Below, piece after piece: positions 18,990 through 29,064 of a stretch of 64,000 nt of DNA (its first letter is position 1; every line of letters starts with the position of its first letter). Origin of the DNA: Leptonemataceae bacterium (GTDB lineage: Bacteria > Spirochaetota > Leptospiria > Leptospirales > Leptonemataceae); NCBI GenBank assembly GCA_965227295.1, contig OZ245742.1, forward strand, positions 352,001 through 416,000, read 5' to 3'. Both the position numbers and the translations under genes were made by a program. The notes below the pieces were generated by a model. The model was not told the DNA's origin. It saw only the letters and a list, made by a program, of their open reading frames with translations, and made no database searches.

Positions 18990-19343
18990 AGCGACGGCGT
19001 CATCGACGGTGTCGAAGATGCCGACGGGTTGATGGGTGCCGCCGACGGTAAGCAACTTGCGGATGTAGGCGTTGTCGGTGACGACGCAGAGTTTGCCGCC
19101 GCGTTCTTCGCACTCGCTACCGACGGCGAAGATGGAGCTGATGAACGACGAATCGATGCGCTTGACCTGGCTGCAATCGAGGACGAGGTTCGCGGCGCGA
19201 CCCTTAATCATCCCCGTAACCTTAAAGCGGAAGTCCACGGTCATGTCCATGCGCAACGTGGAATCGGCGAACTTCAGAACGCAGTGGTCGTCGGCGTAGC
19301 TAACGCTGGTCTGCACGGCATTAGAAACCGGCGCCCGCCTCAC
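18981..19343 (-). CDS. STAS domain anti-sigma factor antagonist
   Basis: LVLDCSQVKRIDSSF, GGKLCVV, IFDTVDDAVASL. Confidence 0.82.
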   Translation of the reverse strand: MRRAPVSNAVQTSVSYADDHCVLKFADSTLRMDMTVDFRFKVTGMIKGRAANLVLDCSQVKRIDSSFISSIFAVGSECEERGGKLCVVTDNAYIRKLLTVGGTHQPVGIFDTVDDAVASL

Positions 19344-19390
19344 ACTGCAAGTAGAAAATCAAAGACAGTTAGTAAACGTTCACTGCCTAC

Positions 19391-20548
19391 TCAAGAGCCC
19401 ACGGTATTGCGACCGGCGTTCTTCGCCTGGTAGAGCGCGCGGTCCGCCTTCTCAATGAGCTTCGAGGGCCGCGACAGCAAACCCGGAACAGCGGTGGCCA
19501 GGCCCAGACTGATCGTAACACGTTCGTGGGGAGACTCCGAGTGCGTCTCGGCAAGTTTGTAAACGGCCTCACGCAGACTCTCGGCGATGGTCCGCGCCTG
19601 CTCGCTGTCCACGTCCGGCAGGATCGCCGCAAACTCCTCGCCGCCGTACCGCGCGAGGATGCAACCGTTGTCCGCCACCGTGGCTTCCAGGGCGCCGGCC
19701 ACGGCCCGCAAACAACGGTCCCCGGCCTGGTGTCCGTACGTATCGTTGTACTTCTTGAAGTAGTCCACGTCGATCATCAAGAGCGAGAGCGGCGCATGAC
19801 CGCGCATGGCCTGGCGCCAGGAGATGTCCAGGTAACGATCGAAGAAGCGGCGATTGGGAACGCCGGTGAGTTCGTCGTGAATTGAGATGCTGCGAAAGAT
19901 GATGTTCGCGGTCTTCAGGTCCTCGGTCATGCGACGCAGATCGCCGGCGGTGCTCTTGAGTCGCGCAATCTCCTCGCTGCGGGCCACCGCGGCGTGCATG
20001 CGCGCGGGCAACTCCACGTCGAAGCTCGGTCCGCGGCAAATGAAGTCCGCCGCCCCCGCTTCGAAGGCCCGGATCATTGCCTCGGGATGATTCGGATTGC
20101 CGACGAGAATGACGGGCACGTGGCCGTACTCTTCGCTGCCGGAAATGCGTTCGAGCAATTCCAGCGAGGCCTGAAAGCCGCCGTCTTCTTCGAGATCGAT
20201 CAAAAACAAGACCACGTCTTCCGGCGTCGTCGAATCTTCGGCGTCACTCGTGTAGAAGACCAGTTGCTCGTTTGCTTCGGTGGCGGAAGCGTACTCGACC
20301 CAGGCGATGCGCGCCTGCATGCGCCCGGCATATTCGGATAGCTGCGGAACAAGGCCGCGCTGGCGCGATGAATCCGTGATCAGTAAAACTCTTTTTTGTG
20401 TGCCGGTCTGCACAAGCATGCAATATGAGACGAAAAAGTTTGGATCGCTCTTCAGGGAACGTATGTCCGACAGCGTTTCAGGCGTCATCTCGTTTCTCCT
20501 TTTTGATAAGACGCTTGCGAAGGAGATTCTCCGGTCCATTCTCGTCAC
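19391..20548 (-). CDS. diguanylate cyclase with receiver-like domain
   Basis: DELTGVPNRR, IDVDYFKKYNDTYGH, RYGGEEF; REC-like AFEAGAADF segment. Confidence 0.93.
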   Translation of the reverse strand: MTRMDRRISFASVLSKRRNEMTPETLSDIRSLKSDPNFFVSYCMLVQTGTQKRVLLITDSSRQRGLVPQLSEYAGRMQARIAWVEYASATEANEQLVFYTSDAEDSTTPEDVVLFLIDLEEDGGFQASLELLERISGSEEYGHVPVILVGNPNHPEAMIRAFEAGAADFICRGPSFDVELPARMHAAVARSEEIARLKSTAGDLRRMTEDLKTANIIFRSISIHDELTGVPNRRFFDRYLDISWRQAMRGHAPLSLLMIDVDYFKKYNDTYGHQAGDRCLRAVAGALEATVADNGCILARYGGEEFAAILPDVDSEQARTIAESLREAVYKLAETHSESPHERVTISLGLATAVPGLLSRPSKLIEKADRALYQAKNAGRNTVGS

Positions 20549-20575
20549 ATCTAACTGAATTCTAATGTTACGACT

Positions 20576-21232
20576 ATGAGCCCTTCATCGCCCACCGCGA
20601 GCCGTGCATCGCTCTGGATCTTTCGCGTCTTTCTTACGTATACGATCCTGCTGCCCGGCCTTGCCACGATTTCCGTCTACGCGTACTTTTTAGCGCCGCC
20701 GCCGGAATGGGCGCGTTTTCTGCTGTGGATCGGCGGCATCGCCCTTGTGGGCGTCTATCTGGCCACGCTGAATTATTTTACGGTTCCTGCTTCTCCCGCA
20801 ACGGCGTTGTTGCTCCTGCTGGACACGCCGCTCATCCTATTGCCTCAGTTTTACGATGCGGGCGGCATGAACGGCGCGTCGATAGCCGCGTTTCTCGTCA
20901 CGGACTTCTGGGCCGAGGCCGCCGGCACGGGCCTGGCAATCACGATCCTCGCGCTCCGCGAAGGCCAATCCCCGGTGGTTCCGCTGATCATCTTCGCGGC
21001 GGCCAACGCTCTTTTCGGTCCGGCCGTTTTTGAAATCTTCGCGGAACGTTCGATCTTCGCCTGGGCCGGCCTGGCTTTCGCGTTCGCACTCAGCACCGTA
21101 AACGACTACCGCGTCATGCACGCGAGCCTGCGCGGCGGTCATCGGCCGAACGAAGAGTTCATGCACATCGTCGGCGGCATCCTCTTCTGGACGACGGCGT
21201 TGTTTCTATCGTTCGGCGGAGTGTTTCAGTAA
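20576..21232 (+). CDS. hypothetical multi-pass membrane protein
   Basis: 218 aa, about 7 hydrophobic segments. Confidence 0.7.
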   Translation: MSPSSPTASRASLWIFRVFLTYTILLPGLATISVYAYFLAPPPEWARFLLWIGGIALVGVYLATLNYFTVPASPATALLLLLDTPLILLPQFYDAGGMNGASIAAFLVTDFWAEAAGTGLAITILALREGQSPVVPLIIFAAANALFGPAVFEIFAERSIFAWAGLAFAFALSTVNDYRVMHASLRGGHRPNEEFMHIVGGILFWTTALFLSFGGVFQ

Positions 21233-21248
21233 GGGCCGAGCTCTTCAA

Positions 21249-21746
21249 CTACGGCGCGTCTCCGGATTTCTGAAACCGTTCCAGTAGCTGAACAGTGCGT
21301 TCCGGGAGGGCGCCGTCGTGAACATCCTGCAGCGCTTTCACAATGCGATCGGGGCGGTCGTGGTACTCCGCGTACTTAGCGTTCGTGGATTCGAGGAGTA
21401 TCGTGAGAAAGATGTTCAGCGACTTGAGGTAGCGATCCCGGGCATCGCCGCGAACACCGTCGGTGCGAGCGTGGCGCGCGAAGATTTCTCCTTCCAGGCG
21501 CAACAGCTCGGCCAGGACAATGCACTTGTCGTGATAGAGACTGCGATCGGCGGACTGCATCATCATGAGCGTTTCGTAGGCCAGAGACCCGATGAGATCG
21601 CTGTTCACGCCGAGATATTGACGATAGACTTGCTCGATCTCATAGCTGGCGTCGTCGAACTGCTCGTCTTTGAGGAACTTCGCCAGGCGCTGTAGCAGCC
21701 GTCCGAATTGCTCGATCATGAAAAGGATGTAGTCTTTCTGGTACAT
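21249..21746 (-). CDS. DUF6483-like protein
   Basis: MYQKDYILFMIEQFGRLL N-terminus, LAELLRLEGE, KSLNIF. Confidence 0.7.
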   Translation of the reverse strand: MYQKDYILFMIEQFGRLLQRLAKFLKDEQFDDASYEIEQVYRQYLGVNSDLIGSLAYETLMMMQSADRSLYHDKCIVLAELLRLEGEIFARHARTDGVRGDARDRYLKSLNIFLTILLESTNAKYAEYHDRPDRIVKALQDVHDGALPERTVQLLERFQKSGDAP

Positions 21747-21835
21747 GCTGCGCGGACCGCGAACGGCTTGAAACATAGCATGAGTTTGATTACACTGAAG
21801 GCAAGCAATTCCCGAAACCATATGGAGGTATTTCC

Positions 21836-23002
21836 GTGTCTACCGACGACATCCGGTTAAATCCCGGCGACCCCGAAGAACAGACCAATCCCGACAAACT
21901 CCGCGCCTTTCGCGAGGTTTCCACCGAGGCCTCCGTCTCCCGCGAGGCGGGCATCAAAGAAGAAAGCGCCGCGCCGAAGCTCAAATGGCTTCTGCTGCTC
22001 GCCGCCCTGGGCGGCCTCGCTTACTTCGTACTAACATCTACCGATTTTGAGTTAAACTCAGCTCCGCCGCCGGAGGAACACGTCGGCGAAGACAACGCCC
22101 GTGCGCCCGCACGCCCCGAACCGCTGTTCATCCTGGGCGGCGACGGCGAGGGCCACGTCGATCACATCGCCGAACTGGAGTACGCCCTCACCGGCGACAC
22201 CGAGTTTCTTTCGTCCGGCAACCGCGTACAGAAGCTGGCCTTTCGACCGGACGGCGCCGTGCTCGCGTCGGCCGCGGAACACGACCTCATCCTGTGGAAT
22301 GCCGAAACCGGCGCCATCGTCGCGCGCACGACTTACGCCGAGCACGTCGACGCGGCGGATCTCTGGATTCACTGGATCACCTTTGATCGCACCGGGGAGC
22401 GACTGCTGCTTTTACCGGAACACGGCGAGCTGCTCGTCTTCGACGCGCATGACCTGGAATTCCTGGAAGCCGTCGATCGCCCTCCCGGCATAGTATACGA
22501 TTATCGCCGGGGCAAGGATGGGCGGGTGTGGGTTGTCTTCGGCATGGACGAAATCGCCGTACAAAGATGGAAGGATGAGGCCGAAGGCGGCGGCGCAGAA
22601 ATCGTTTATCGCCGCAAACTCGATGCGCAGCGCGAACTCTACGAACTGCAGTTCGATCCGGATCAACAACGCCTGAAGATCGTATACACCACCCTGGAAC
22701 GTCTTGTCGATACCGCAACCGACACGGTCCTCGCCGAGAGCGAACTCGACGAAGCTCCGCAGTACGACGGCGGCTTCAGCGGCGAAAAGGTCCTGGCCGA
22801 GAACGAACAGTTGCGCATCGTCTCGGATATCCTCGACGATTTCGCGTACGCCAACGCCGTGGAAGACGGCCGTACCGTCAGCGAACTCCGTCACAATCGC
22901 GCGGTGAGCTGCGCCGCGTTCGCGCCGGACGGCCGAACCCTGGCCACCGCCGGTTACGATATGTACGTACGCATCTGGAAGACGCCGCAGTTACAGCAAT
23001 AG
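21836..23002 (+). CDS. membrane-anchored WD40 repeat protein
   Basis: GGAGG RBS; TM segment; LAFRPDGAVLASA..LILWN and AFAPDGRTLATAGYDMYVRIW repeats. Confidence 0.82.
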   Translation: MSTDDIRLNPGDPEEQTNPDKLRAFREVSTEASVSREAGIKEESAAPKLKWLLLLAALGGLAYFVLTSTDFELNSAPPPEEHVGEDNARAPARPEPLFILGGDGEGHVDHIAELEYALTGDTEFLSSGNRVQKLAFRPDGAVLASAAEHDLILWNAETGAIVARTTYAEHVDAADLWIHWITFDRTGERLLLLPEHGELLVFDAHDLEFLEAVDRPPGIVYDYRRGKDGRVWVVFGMDEIAVQRWKDEAEGGGAEIVYRRKLDAQRELYELQFDPDQQRLKIVYTTLERLVDTATDTVLAESELDEAPQYDGGFSGEKVLAENEQLRIVSDILDDFAYANAVEDGRTVSELRHNRAVSCAAFAPDGRTLATAGYDMYVRIWKTPQLQQ

Positions 23003-23056
23003 CATGTCTGTGATATTTGACTTGCGCGTCCGTGTTATCGCAACACTTTGCCGGAA

Positions 23057-24301
23057 ATGGCCCTGATCGTTCAAAAATACGGCGGCACTTCCCTCGGCGA
23101 TACGGATCGCATTCATAACGTCGCCAATCGCATCAAGACCTACTACGATAAAGGGCACAACCTGGTGGTCGTACTTTCCGCGATGGGCAAGACCACCGAT
23201 CATCTCGTCAGCCTCGCCGCGGCCCTGCACTCGAATCCCAGCAAACGCGAAATGGACATGCTGCTCTCCACCGGCGAGCAGGTATCGATCGCCCTCATGG
23301 CCATGGCCCTGGACGCCCTGGGTATTCCCGCCATCTCTTTGACCGGCGCGCAGGTCGGCGTAAAAACGACGAACCGTTTCAGTGAAGCGCGCATCGAGTC
23401 CATCGACACCGAACGCGTGCAGTCTCATCTGAACGAACGCCGCGTGTGTTTGATCGCCGGCTTTCAGGGCGTGGACCATGAATTCAACATCACCACGTTG
23501 GGCCGCGGCGGCAGCGATACCTCGGCAGTGGCCATGGCGGTGGCCCTGGGCGCGAGTGAATGTGAAATCTTCACCGACGTGGACGGCGTGTACACCACGG
23601 ACCCGAACAAAGTTCCCGCCGCGCGTAAAGTCGAGCGCATCAGCTACGAAGAGATGCTCGAACTCGCTCGCCTGGGCGCGGGCGTGCTGCACAGCCGCAG
23701 CGTGGAGATGGCCTCGAAGTACAAGGTCGTCCTGCACGTGCGGTCGAGCTTTAACAACGCAAAGGGCACGCTGGTCGTGCCGGAGGATCAGATCATGGAA
23801 AAAGTTCTCGTACGCGGCGTCACGCTGAAGACCGACGAAGCCCGCATCTCCGCCGTGGACATTCCGGACCGCCCCGGCCTCGCCGCCGATCTCTTCGGTC
23901 GCCTGGCCGACTCCGACATCAACGTCGACATGATCGTACAGACCGTCGGTTACGACGGCGAAAATACGATCTCATTCACCGTACCGCAAAAGGATTTGCT
24001 CCAGGCGCGGCAGGTCGTCACCGACTGGGAGCAATCCGTCGGCGCCGGCCGCGTGGAAGTGGACGAGAAGATCGCCATCGTCTCCGCCGTGGGCATCGGC
24101 ATGAAGTCGCACTCCGGCGTCGCCGCCACCATGTTTAGAGCCCTCGCGGAAATCGGCGCAAACATTGAAATGATCAGCACGAGCGAAATCAAAATCTCCG
24201 TCGTCCTGCAACCGGAGCAGGGCCGCCCCGCTCTGGAAGCCTTGCATAAGGCCTTCGCCCTGGACGGCGACGCGGGCGAAGTTTCCGAACTCAAAGGCTG
24301 A
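23057..24301 (+). CDS. lysC: aspartate kinase
   Basis: [35 protein letters not shown], two ACT domains, STSEIKIS. Confidence 0.97.
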   Translation: MALIVQKYGGTSLGDTDRIHNVANRIKTYYDKGHNLVVVLSAMGKTTDHLVSLAAALHSNPSKREMDMLLSTGEQVSIALMAMALDALGIPAISLTGAQVGVKTTNRFSEARIESIDTERVQSHLNERRVCLIAGFQGVDHEFNITTLGRGGSDTSAVAMAVALGASECEIFTDVDGVYTTDPNKVPAARKVERISYEEMLELARLGAGVLHSRSVEMASKYKVVLHVRSSFNNAKGTLVVPEDQIMEKVLVRGVTLKTDEARISAVDIPDRPGLAADLFGRLADSDINVDMIVQTVGYDGENTISFTVPQKDLLQARQVVTDWEQSVGAGRVEVDEKIAIVSAVGIGMKSHSGVAATMFRALAEIGANIEMISTSEIKISVVLQPEQGRPALEALHKAFALDGDAGEVSELKG

Positions 24302-24304
24302 GCC

Positions 24305-25108
24305 GTGAGTGATGCGCGTCCCATCGGCGTCTTCGACTCCGGCCTGGGCGGCCTGACCGTTCTCGCCGAACTCGTCAAGGCCCTGCCCGGCGAATCCTTT
24401 CTCTACTTCGGCGATACCGCGCGCGTTCCGTACGGCGCGAAGTCCCGGCGCATCGTGCAGCGCTACTCAGAGGAAGTCAGCGACTACCTGGTCGGCCGGA
24501 ACATCAAGTTTCTCATCGTCGCCTGCAATACCGCCACCGCCCACGCGGAAGATATTTTACGCGCGCGCCTGGCGCCGAAGAACATTCCGGTACTCGGTGT
24601 GATTCAGCCGGGCGTGGAGAGTCTGCTCGCGCGAACGAAGAACCGACGCGTGGGTGTCCTGGCCACACGCTCTACTACGAAGTCCGGCGAGTACGTGCGC
24701 CGCATCCTGGAACGCAGTCCGGGCACGCAGGTCTTTACGAAGGCGTGCCCGTTATTCGTGCCGCTCGTAGAAGAGGGCTGGACCGAAAAACGCATTACGC
24801 GGCTCGTTATCCAGGAGTACCTTTCCGAACTTGACCGCGAAGAAGTGGACACCGTTGTTCTCGGCTGCACGCACTATCCGCTGCTCAAACCCGCCATCCG
24901 CGAAGAGTTTCCGAATCTTCATCTCGTGGATTCGAGCGAAGAGACCGCGCGCTTCGCCGTCCGTGTCCTGGATGAAGGTAGCCTGCGTAGTGACGCGGCC
25001 ACCGGCAGTGTGCGCATTGAACTATCGGACCTTACCGATCAAATGAACGAACTGGAGAAACTTCTGGCCGGCCTCGCAATTGAAAGCGTGGTGGAAGTAA
25101 ATCTTTGA
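24305..25108 (+). CDS. murI: glutamate racemase
   Basis: PIGVFDSGLGGLTV, VACNTATA, LGCTHYP. Confidence 0.97.
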   Translation: MSDARPIGVFDSGLGGLTVLAELVKALPGESFLYFGDTARVPYGAKSRRIVQRYSEEVSDYLVGRNIKFLIVACNTATAHAEDILRARLAPKNIPVLGVIQPGVESLLARTKNRRVGVLATRSTTKSGEYVRRILERSPGTQVFTKACPLFVPLVEEGWTEKRITRLVIQEYLSELDREEVDTVVLGCTHYPLLKPAIREEFPNLHLVDSSEETARFAVRVLDEGSLRSDAATGSVRIELSDLTDQMNELEKLLAGLAIESVVEVNL

Positions 25109-25221
25109 ACGCGCGTAAAACTTTCCCCGGCGGTTAAACTTTCTCCTGCAAATTTTTAGCGAATGATGGTTGCCCCTCTGCCGCCGTTGTCATATGTTCG
25201 CCGCGACGTCAGGTCGAACTT

Positions 25222-25590
25222 ATGCCCGGTGGAGAATCCATACTGAGCGCGCGCACGGAAGCTGTGGTCGACGGTGTCGGCGGCATCGGCGTTCTGGCGA
25301 CCTGCGATGCAAACGGCAACATAGCCGTGAGCCTCGACGGCACTCCGCTCATCTCCACCCAGGACGACATCCTCGATAATCTGTACAATCTACGCGTTGC
25401 CCGCAATTCCGTACTGGAAAAACTGCCGACCCTGCTTCATGAACTCGAACAGCACGTCCTCGCGGACGCCGGGCACGCCCCCGCGGACGAGAGCGGGGAC
25501 TGGCGCCGCGAACGCTGTGATCGCGGACGCAAGGGCTGCGCGGAACTCACAGAAATGGTCTACGGCGTCTACGGACACCGGGACGATTAA
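25222..25590 (+). CDS. hypothetical protein (paralog of 25730-26041)
   Basis: Shares VDGVGG..GNI..DNLY.LR.ARNSVL with the neighbouring ORF. Confidence 0.75.
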   Translation: MPGGESILSARTEAVVDGVGGIGVLATCDANGNIAVSLDGTPLISTQDDILDNLYNLRVARNSVLEKLPTLLHELEQHVLADAGHAPADESGDWRRERCDRGRKGCAELTEMVYGVYGHRDD

Positions 25591-25631
25591 CTATGCGAAA
25601 CATAAAAAAGTTAAACCTTTCGCATAGTTAA
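25587..25631. repeat. perfect 14-bp inverted repeat, 17-nt spacer
   Basis: TTAACTATGCGAAA (25587-25600) / TTTCGCATAGTTAA (25618-25631). Confidence 0.85.
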
Positions 25632-25729
25632 CGGCTGCCGCAGGGCGAAATAAATCGAAAAAATATCTTGCCGCAAATAGGCCTTAAGGATTAGTTTTCA
25701 AAGCTAACTCGCGGGGCGCGGAGGTTCCG

Positions 25730-26041
25730 ATGGCGGCGGAAAAGAAAGGCGGCATGCTGGTAGCGCAGACCGAGGTGACGGTGGACGGTGTCGGCGGCCA
25801 TTCGGTCCTCGTAGTAGCGGACAGCTCCGGCAACATCAGCCTGAGCTACGAAGGACAACCCGTCGCCTCGTCCGAGGACAGCGAAGACGACAACCTCTAC
25901 CGCCTGCGTACGGCGCGGAATTCCGTGCTCGCCGCCTTCCAGGATCTTTTGGGCGAACTCGAAGCACTGGCCGGGTCCGAGGGAAACAGTACCGCCGCGA
26001 GCAACGTCACCAACCTGCGCGCCATCCTCGCAAAAGTCTGA
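25730..26041 (+). CDS. hypothetical protein (paralog of 25222-25590)
   Basis: GGAGGT RBS; same conserved motifs as the upstream ORF. Confidence 0.82.
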   Translation: MAAEKKGGMLVAQTEVTVDGVGGHSVLVVADSSGNISLSYEGQPVASSEDSEDDNLYRLRTARNSVLAAFQDLLGELEALAGSEGNSTAASNVTNLRAILAKV

Positions 26042-26086
26042 GCTTTTTCCGATTTACGGCGCGTCCCCGGGCGGCTCTGTGACAGC

Positions 26087-27949
26087 GTGCAGGCTCCCAC
26101 CGATCCCGCCTTCCTGCTACGGGAAGTTTTCGGTTACGAATCGTTCCGTGGCCCGCAGGCCGACATCATCCAGCACGTCCTCCAGGGCAACGACTCCCTC
26201 GTTCTCATGCCTACCGGCGGCGGCAAGTCGCTGTGCTATCAAATCCCGGCCATCATTCGTCCGGGCACGGGCATCGTCATCTCCCCGCTCATCGCGCTCA
26301 TGCAGGACCAGGTCGAGGCGCTCAAGCAGGCCGGTGTGCGCGCCGCCTTTCTGAACTCGTCACTCGAATTCCATGAGGCCCGGGAAGTTGAGGAGCGTCT
26401 GCTCGCCGGGCAGCTCGATCTGCTCTACGTCGCACCGGAACGTGCGGTGACGCCGAACTTCCTGGCGCTTTTGCAGAGAATTCCCGAGCCGGCCCTGGTC
26501 GCCATCGACGAAGCCCACTGCGTCTCCCAGTGGGGCCACGACTTTCGGCCGGAGTACCTGCGCCTGAACGAACTGGCCGATCGTTTTCGAAACACCCCGC
26601 GCATCGCCCTCACCGCCACCGCGGACAACGTCACGCGCAAAGAAATCGCGGAGAAGCTCGGACTAACGGAGGCGCGACAGTTCGTCTCCAGCTTCGACCG
26701 GCCGAACATTCGTTATCACGTCGAACTCAAGAACAGCCCGCGGCGACAATTGCTGGGCATCCTGAGCAGCCGCCACCGGCGCGATGCGGGCATTGTTTAC
26801 TGCCTCTCCCGCCGTAAGACCGAAGACACCGCGGAATTTCTCCGGCGCGAGGGCTTCGATGCGATTCCCTATCACGCGGGCCTCGCACCGGAAGTCCGCG
26901 CGGAGCACCAACGGCGTTTTGTTCGGGAAGAGGGCGTGGTCGTCGTGGCCACCGTCGCCTTCGGCATGGGCATCGACAAACCGGACGTGCGTTTCGTCGC
27001 GCACCTGGATATGCCGAAGAGCATTGAAGCCTACTACCAGGAAACCGGACGCGCCGGTCGGGACGGCCTGCCCTCGAACGCGTTTTTATTCTACAGCCTG
27101 GCGGACGTCGTCGCGCTGCGCCAGATGATCGGACGATCGGAGCCGCAGCGGGAGCCGGCCAACCCGGAGGAGTACGAGCAGTTTCGCCTCGTAACACAGC
27201 GCCGCCTGGACACCATGCTCGGCTACGCCGAGAGCGCGCGGTGCCGGCGCCAGGTTCTCTTAGAGTACTTTGGTGAGAAGTTAGAGAAAAAATGCGGGAA
27301 CTGCGACGTCTGCCTGGGCCCGGAGGGTTCTTTTGAGACCTTCGACGGCACCATTTTGGCGCAGAAGGCGCTCTCGTGCGTCTACCGCACGGGGCAACGC
27401 TTCGGCGCCGGTTATTTGATCGACGTACTGTTGGGTCGAGAGAACGAGCGCATGGTTCGTTTCGGCCACGAGCGCGTCTCCACATTCGGCATCGGCACGG
27501 AACTGTCCGAGGCTGAATGGAAGTCCGTCTTTCGGCAGTTGGTGGCCGGCGGTTACCTGGACGTCGACCTCGACGAGTACGCCGGTTTTCGACTTTCGGA
27601 GCGCTCGAAGCCCGTACTCAAAGGCGAAGAAAACGTAACCTTACGTAAGGATCCCCTGCCCCGCAAGGGCAAGAGCAGCCGCCGCGCCGCCGAGGACGTG
27701 CCGGACCTGGATTCGGAAGCACAAGATCTCTTCGAAGCGCTGCGCGCGGTTCGTCTGGAGCTGGCCCGGGAAAACAACCTGGCCCCGTACATGATCTTTC
27801 ACGACAGCACGCTGCGGGAAATCGCCGTGCGACGACCGCAGTCCGCGTCGGAATTCGAGAGTATTTCCGGCGTGGGCCAGAAGAAACTCGCAAATTACGG
27901 CGAGGCCTTTCTCAGTGCCGTGCGGGACCATGGAAACACGCAACCGTAA
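26087..27949 (+). CDS. recQ: ATP-dependent DNA helicase RecQ
   Basis: [37 protein letters not shown], Zn-binding RQC and HRDC domains. Confidence 0.98.
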   Translation: MQAPTDPAFLLREVFGYESFRGPQADIIQHVLQGNDSLVLMPTGGGKSLCYQIPAIIRPGTGIVISPLIALMQDQVEALKQAGVRAAFLNSSLEFHEAREVEERLLAGQLDLLYVAPERAVTPNFLALLQRIPEPALVAIDEAHCVSQWGHDFRPEYLRLNELADRFRNTPRIALTATADNVTRKEIAEKLGLTEARQFVSSFDRPNIRYHVELKNSPRRQLLGILSSRHRRDAGIVYCLSRRKTEDTAEFLRREGFDAIPYHAGLAPEVRAEHQRRFVREEGVVVVATVAFGMGIDKPDVRFVAHLDMPKSIEAYYQETGRAGRDGLPSNAFLFYSLADVVALRQMIGRSEPQREPANPEEYEQFRLVTQRRLDTMLGYAESARCRRQVLLEYFGEKLEKKCGNCDVCLGPEGSFETFDGTILAQKALSCVYRTGQRFGAGYLIDVLLGRENERMVRFGHERVSTFGIGTELSEAEWKSVFRQLVAGGYLDVDLDEYAGFRLSERSKPVLKGEENVTLRKDPLPRKGKSSRRAAEDVPDLDSEAQDLFEALRAVRLELARENNLAPYMIFHDSTLREIAVRRPQSASEFESISGVGQKKLANYGEAFLSAVRDHGNTQP

Positions 27950-29021
27950 CAATGTACGCGCCGAAGACGCGGCCGGCCTGCGACTTGCGCTGAGTTTCGA
28001 TGCGCAAAAGTTAAGGGCGGACCTGGCTCGCATCCAGTCGGGCGAATGGTTTCCGCATTACAGCAACGACGCTCCCGGCGGCGGCTGGACCGTGGCGGCC
28101 CTGTTGAACGGGAGCGGACAGACCGGAGAGATCTACGCGGGCTCACCGTCCCGGCCGGTACCGACGCCGGCATTGCAGCGCTGCAGGTACCTCCCGCACG
28201 TATTTGCCGCCCTGCCCGGCCGGTTGCTTTCGGCGCGACTCATGCAACTGCAACCCGGGGCGCGGATCCTGCCTCACACGGATTCGGGACTGGGCCTGGC
28301 CTTCGGTCTGGCACGTCTGCACATTCCCATCACCACGGAACCGGCGCTTCAATTCCTGGTCGGCGGCCGGCGCTTGCGCATGCGACCCGGCGAACTCTGG
28401 TACGCCGACTTTTCCCTGGAACACACGATTGATCATCAGGGAACACAACCGCGCACGCATCTCGTGATGGACCTTGAGATCAACGCGGAGTTACAGCAGC
28501 TCCTGGACACGGCAAACGTTCACATCATCGCCGCCGACCGTCATCCCGCGCGCCGGCGCCTGCCGCGTATCCTCCCCGTTGCCGGGGACGAGCAAAACAA
28601 CGAGCCGTTGCGAAGAATCATATCTTTTCTCCGGGAGATCGGCATCCCGGTGCGTTCGGGGCGAAGCACCGGAGCCCGACTGGCCCCGGGCCTGACTTTG
28701 CGCGATGGATCGCTAATTGTAGATGCACAGAACTTAAGCGATGTCGCCGATCTGCTCGGCTATGCCGGTCATCTGGCGATCATTCCGGAAACCGAACGCG
28801 TACGCTTGTCGATCTTCGAAGTGGACCGGCGCAAGACGAACCCGCTCGCCCGGGGCTGGGCCTGGGCCGCGGCCCGGCACCTGAAGTTGCCGCTGCCGGA
28901 GGTTCACCCGGCCGCGGCCGATCTCCTGGAGTGGGCCGGACTGCCGGAACTTGCTGAAAGCGTACGCACCGGCGCGGCGCCTGCCAGGCGAAGGCGCTGG
29001 ACAGTGCAGTCTCTGCAGTGA
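27930..29021 (+). CDS. aspartyl/asparaginyl beta-hydroxylase-like 2OG-Fe(II) domain fused to an extra C-terminal domain
   Basis: [42 protein letters not shown]. Confidence 0.8.
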   Translation: METRNRNNVRAEDAAGLRLALSFDAQKLRADLARIQSGEWFPHYSNDAPGGGWTVAALLNGSGQTGEIYAGSPSRPVPTPALQRCRYLPHVFAALPGRLLSARLMQLQPGARILPHTDSGLGLAFGLARLHIPITTEPALQFLVGGRRLRMRPGELWYADFSLEHTIDHQGTQPRTHLVMDLEINAELQQLLDTANVHIIAADRHPARRRLPRILPVAGDEQNNEPLRRIISFLREIGIPVRSGRSTGARLAPGLTLRDGSLIVDAQNLSDVADLLGYAGHLAIIPETERVRLSIFEVDRRKTNPLARGWAWAAARHLKLPLPEVHPAAADLLEWAGLPELAESVRTGAAPARRRRWTVQSLQ

Positions 29022-29064
29022 TTCTGGCCGCATTGCGCCGGGGACGCCCCGCGAACAAAGTGCC

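Noticed and set aside
25587-25631. dif (XerCD) site
   Set aside because: One arm resembles a XerC arm, but dif has two different 11-bp arms around a 6-bp core; here the arms are identical inverted 14-mers 17 nt apart.
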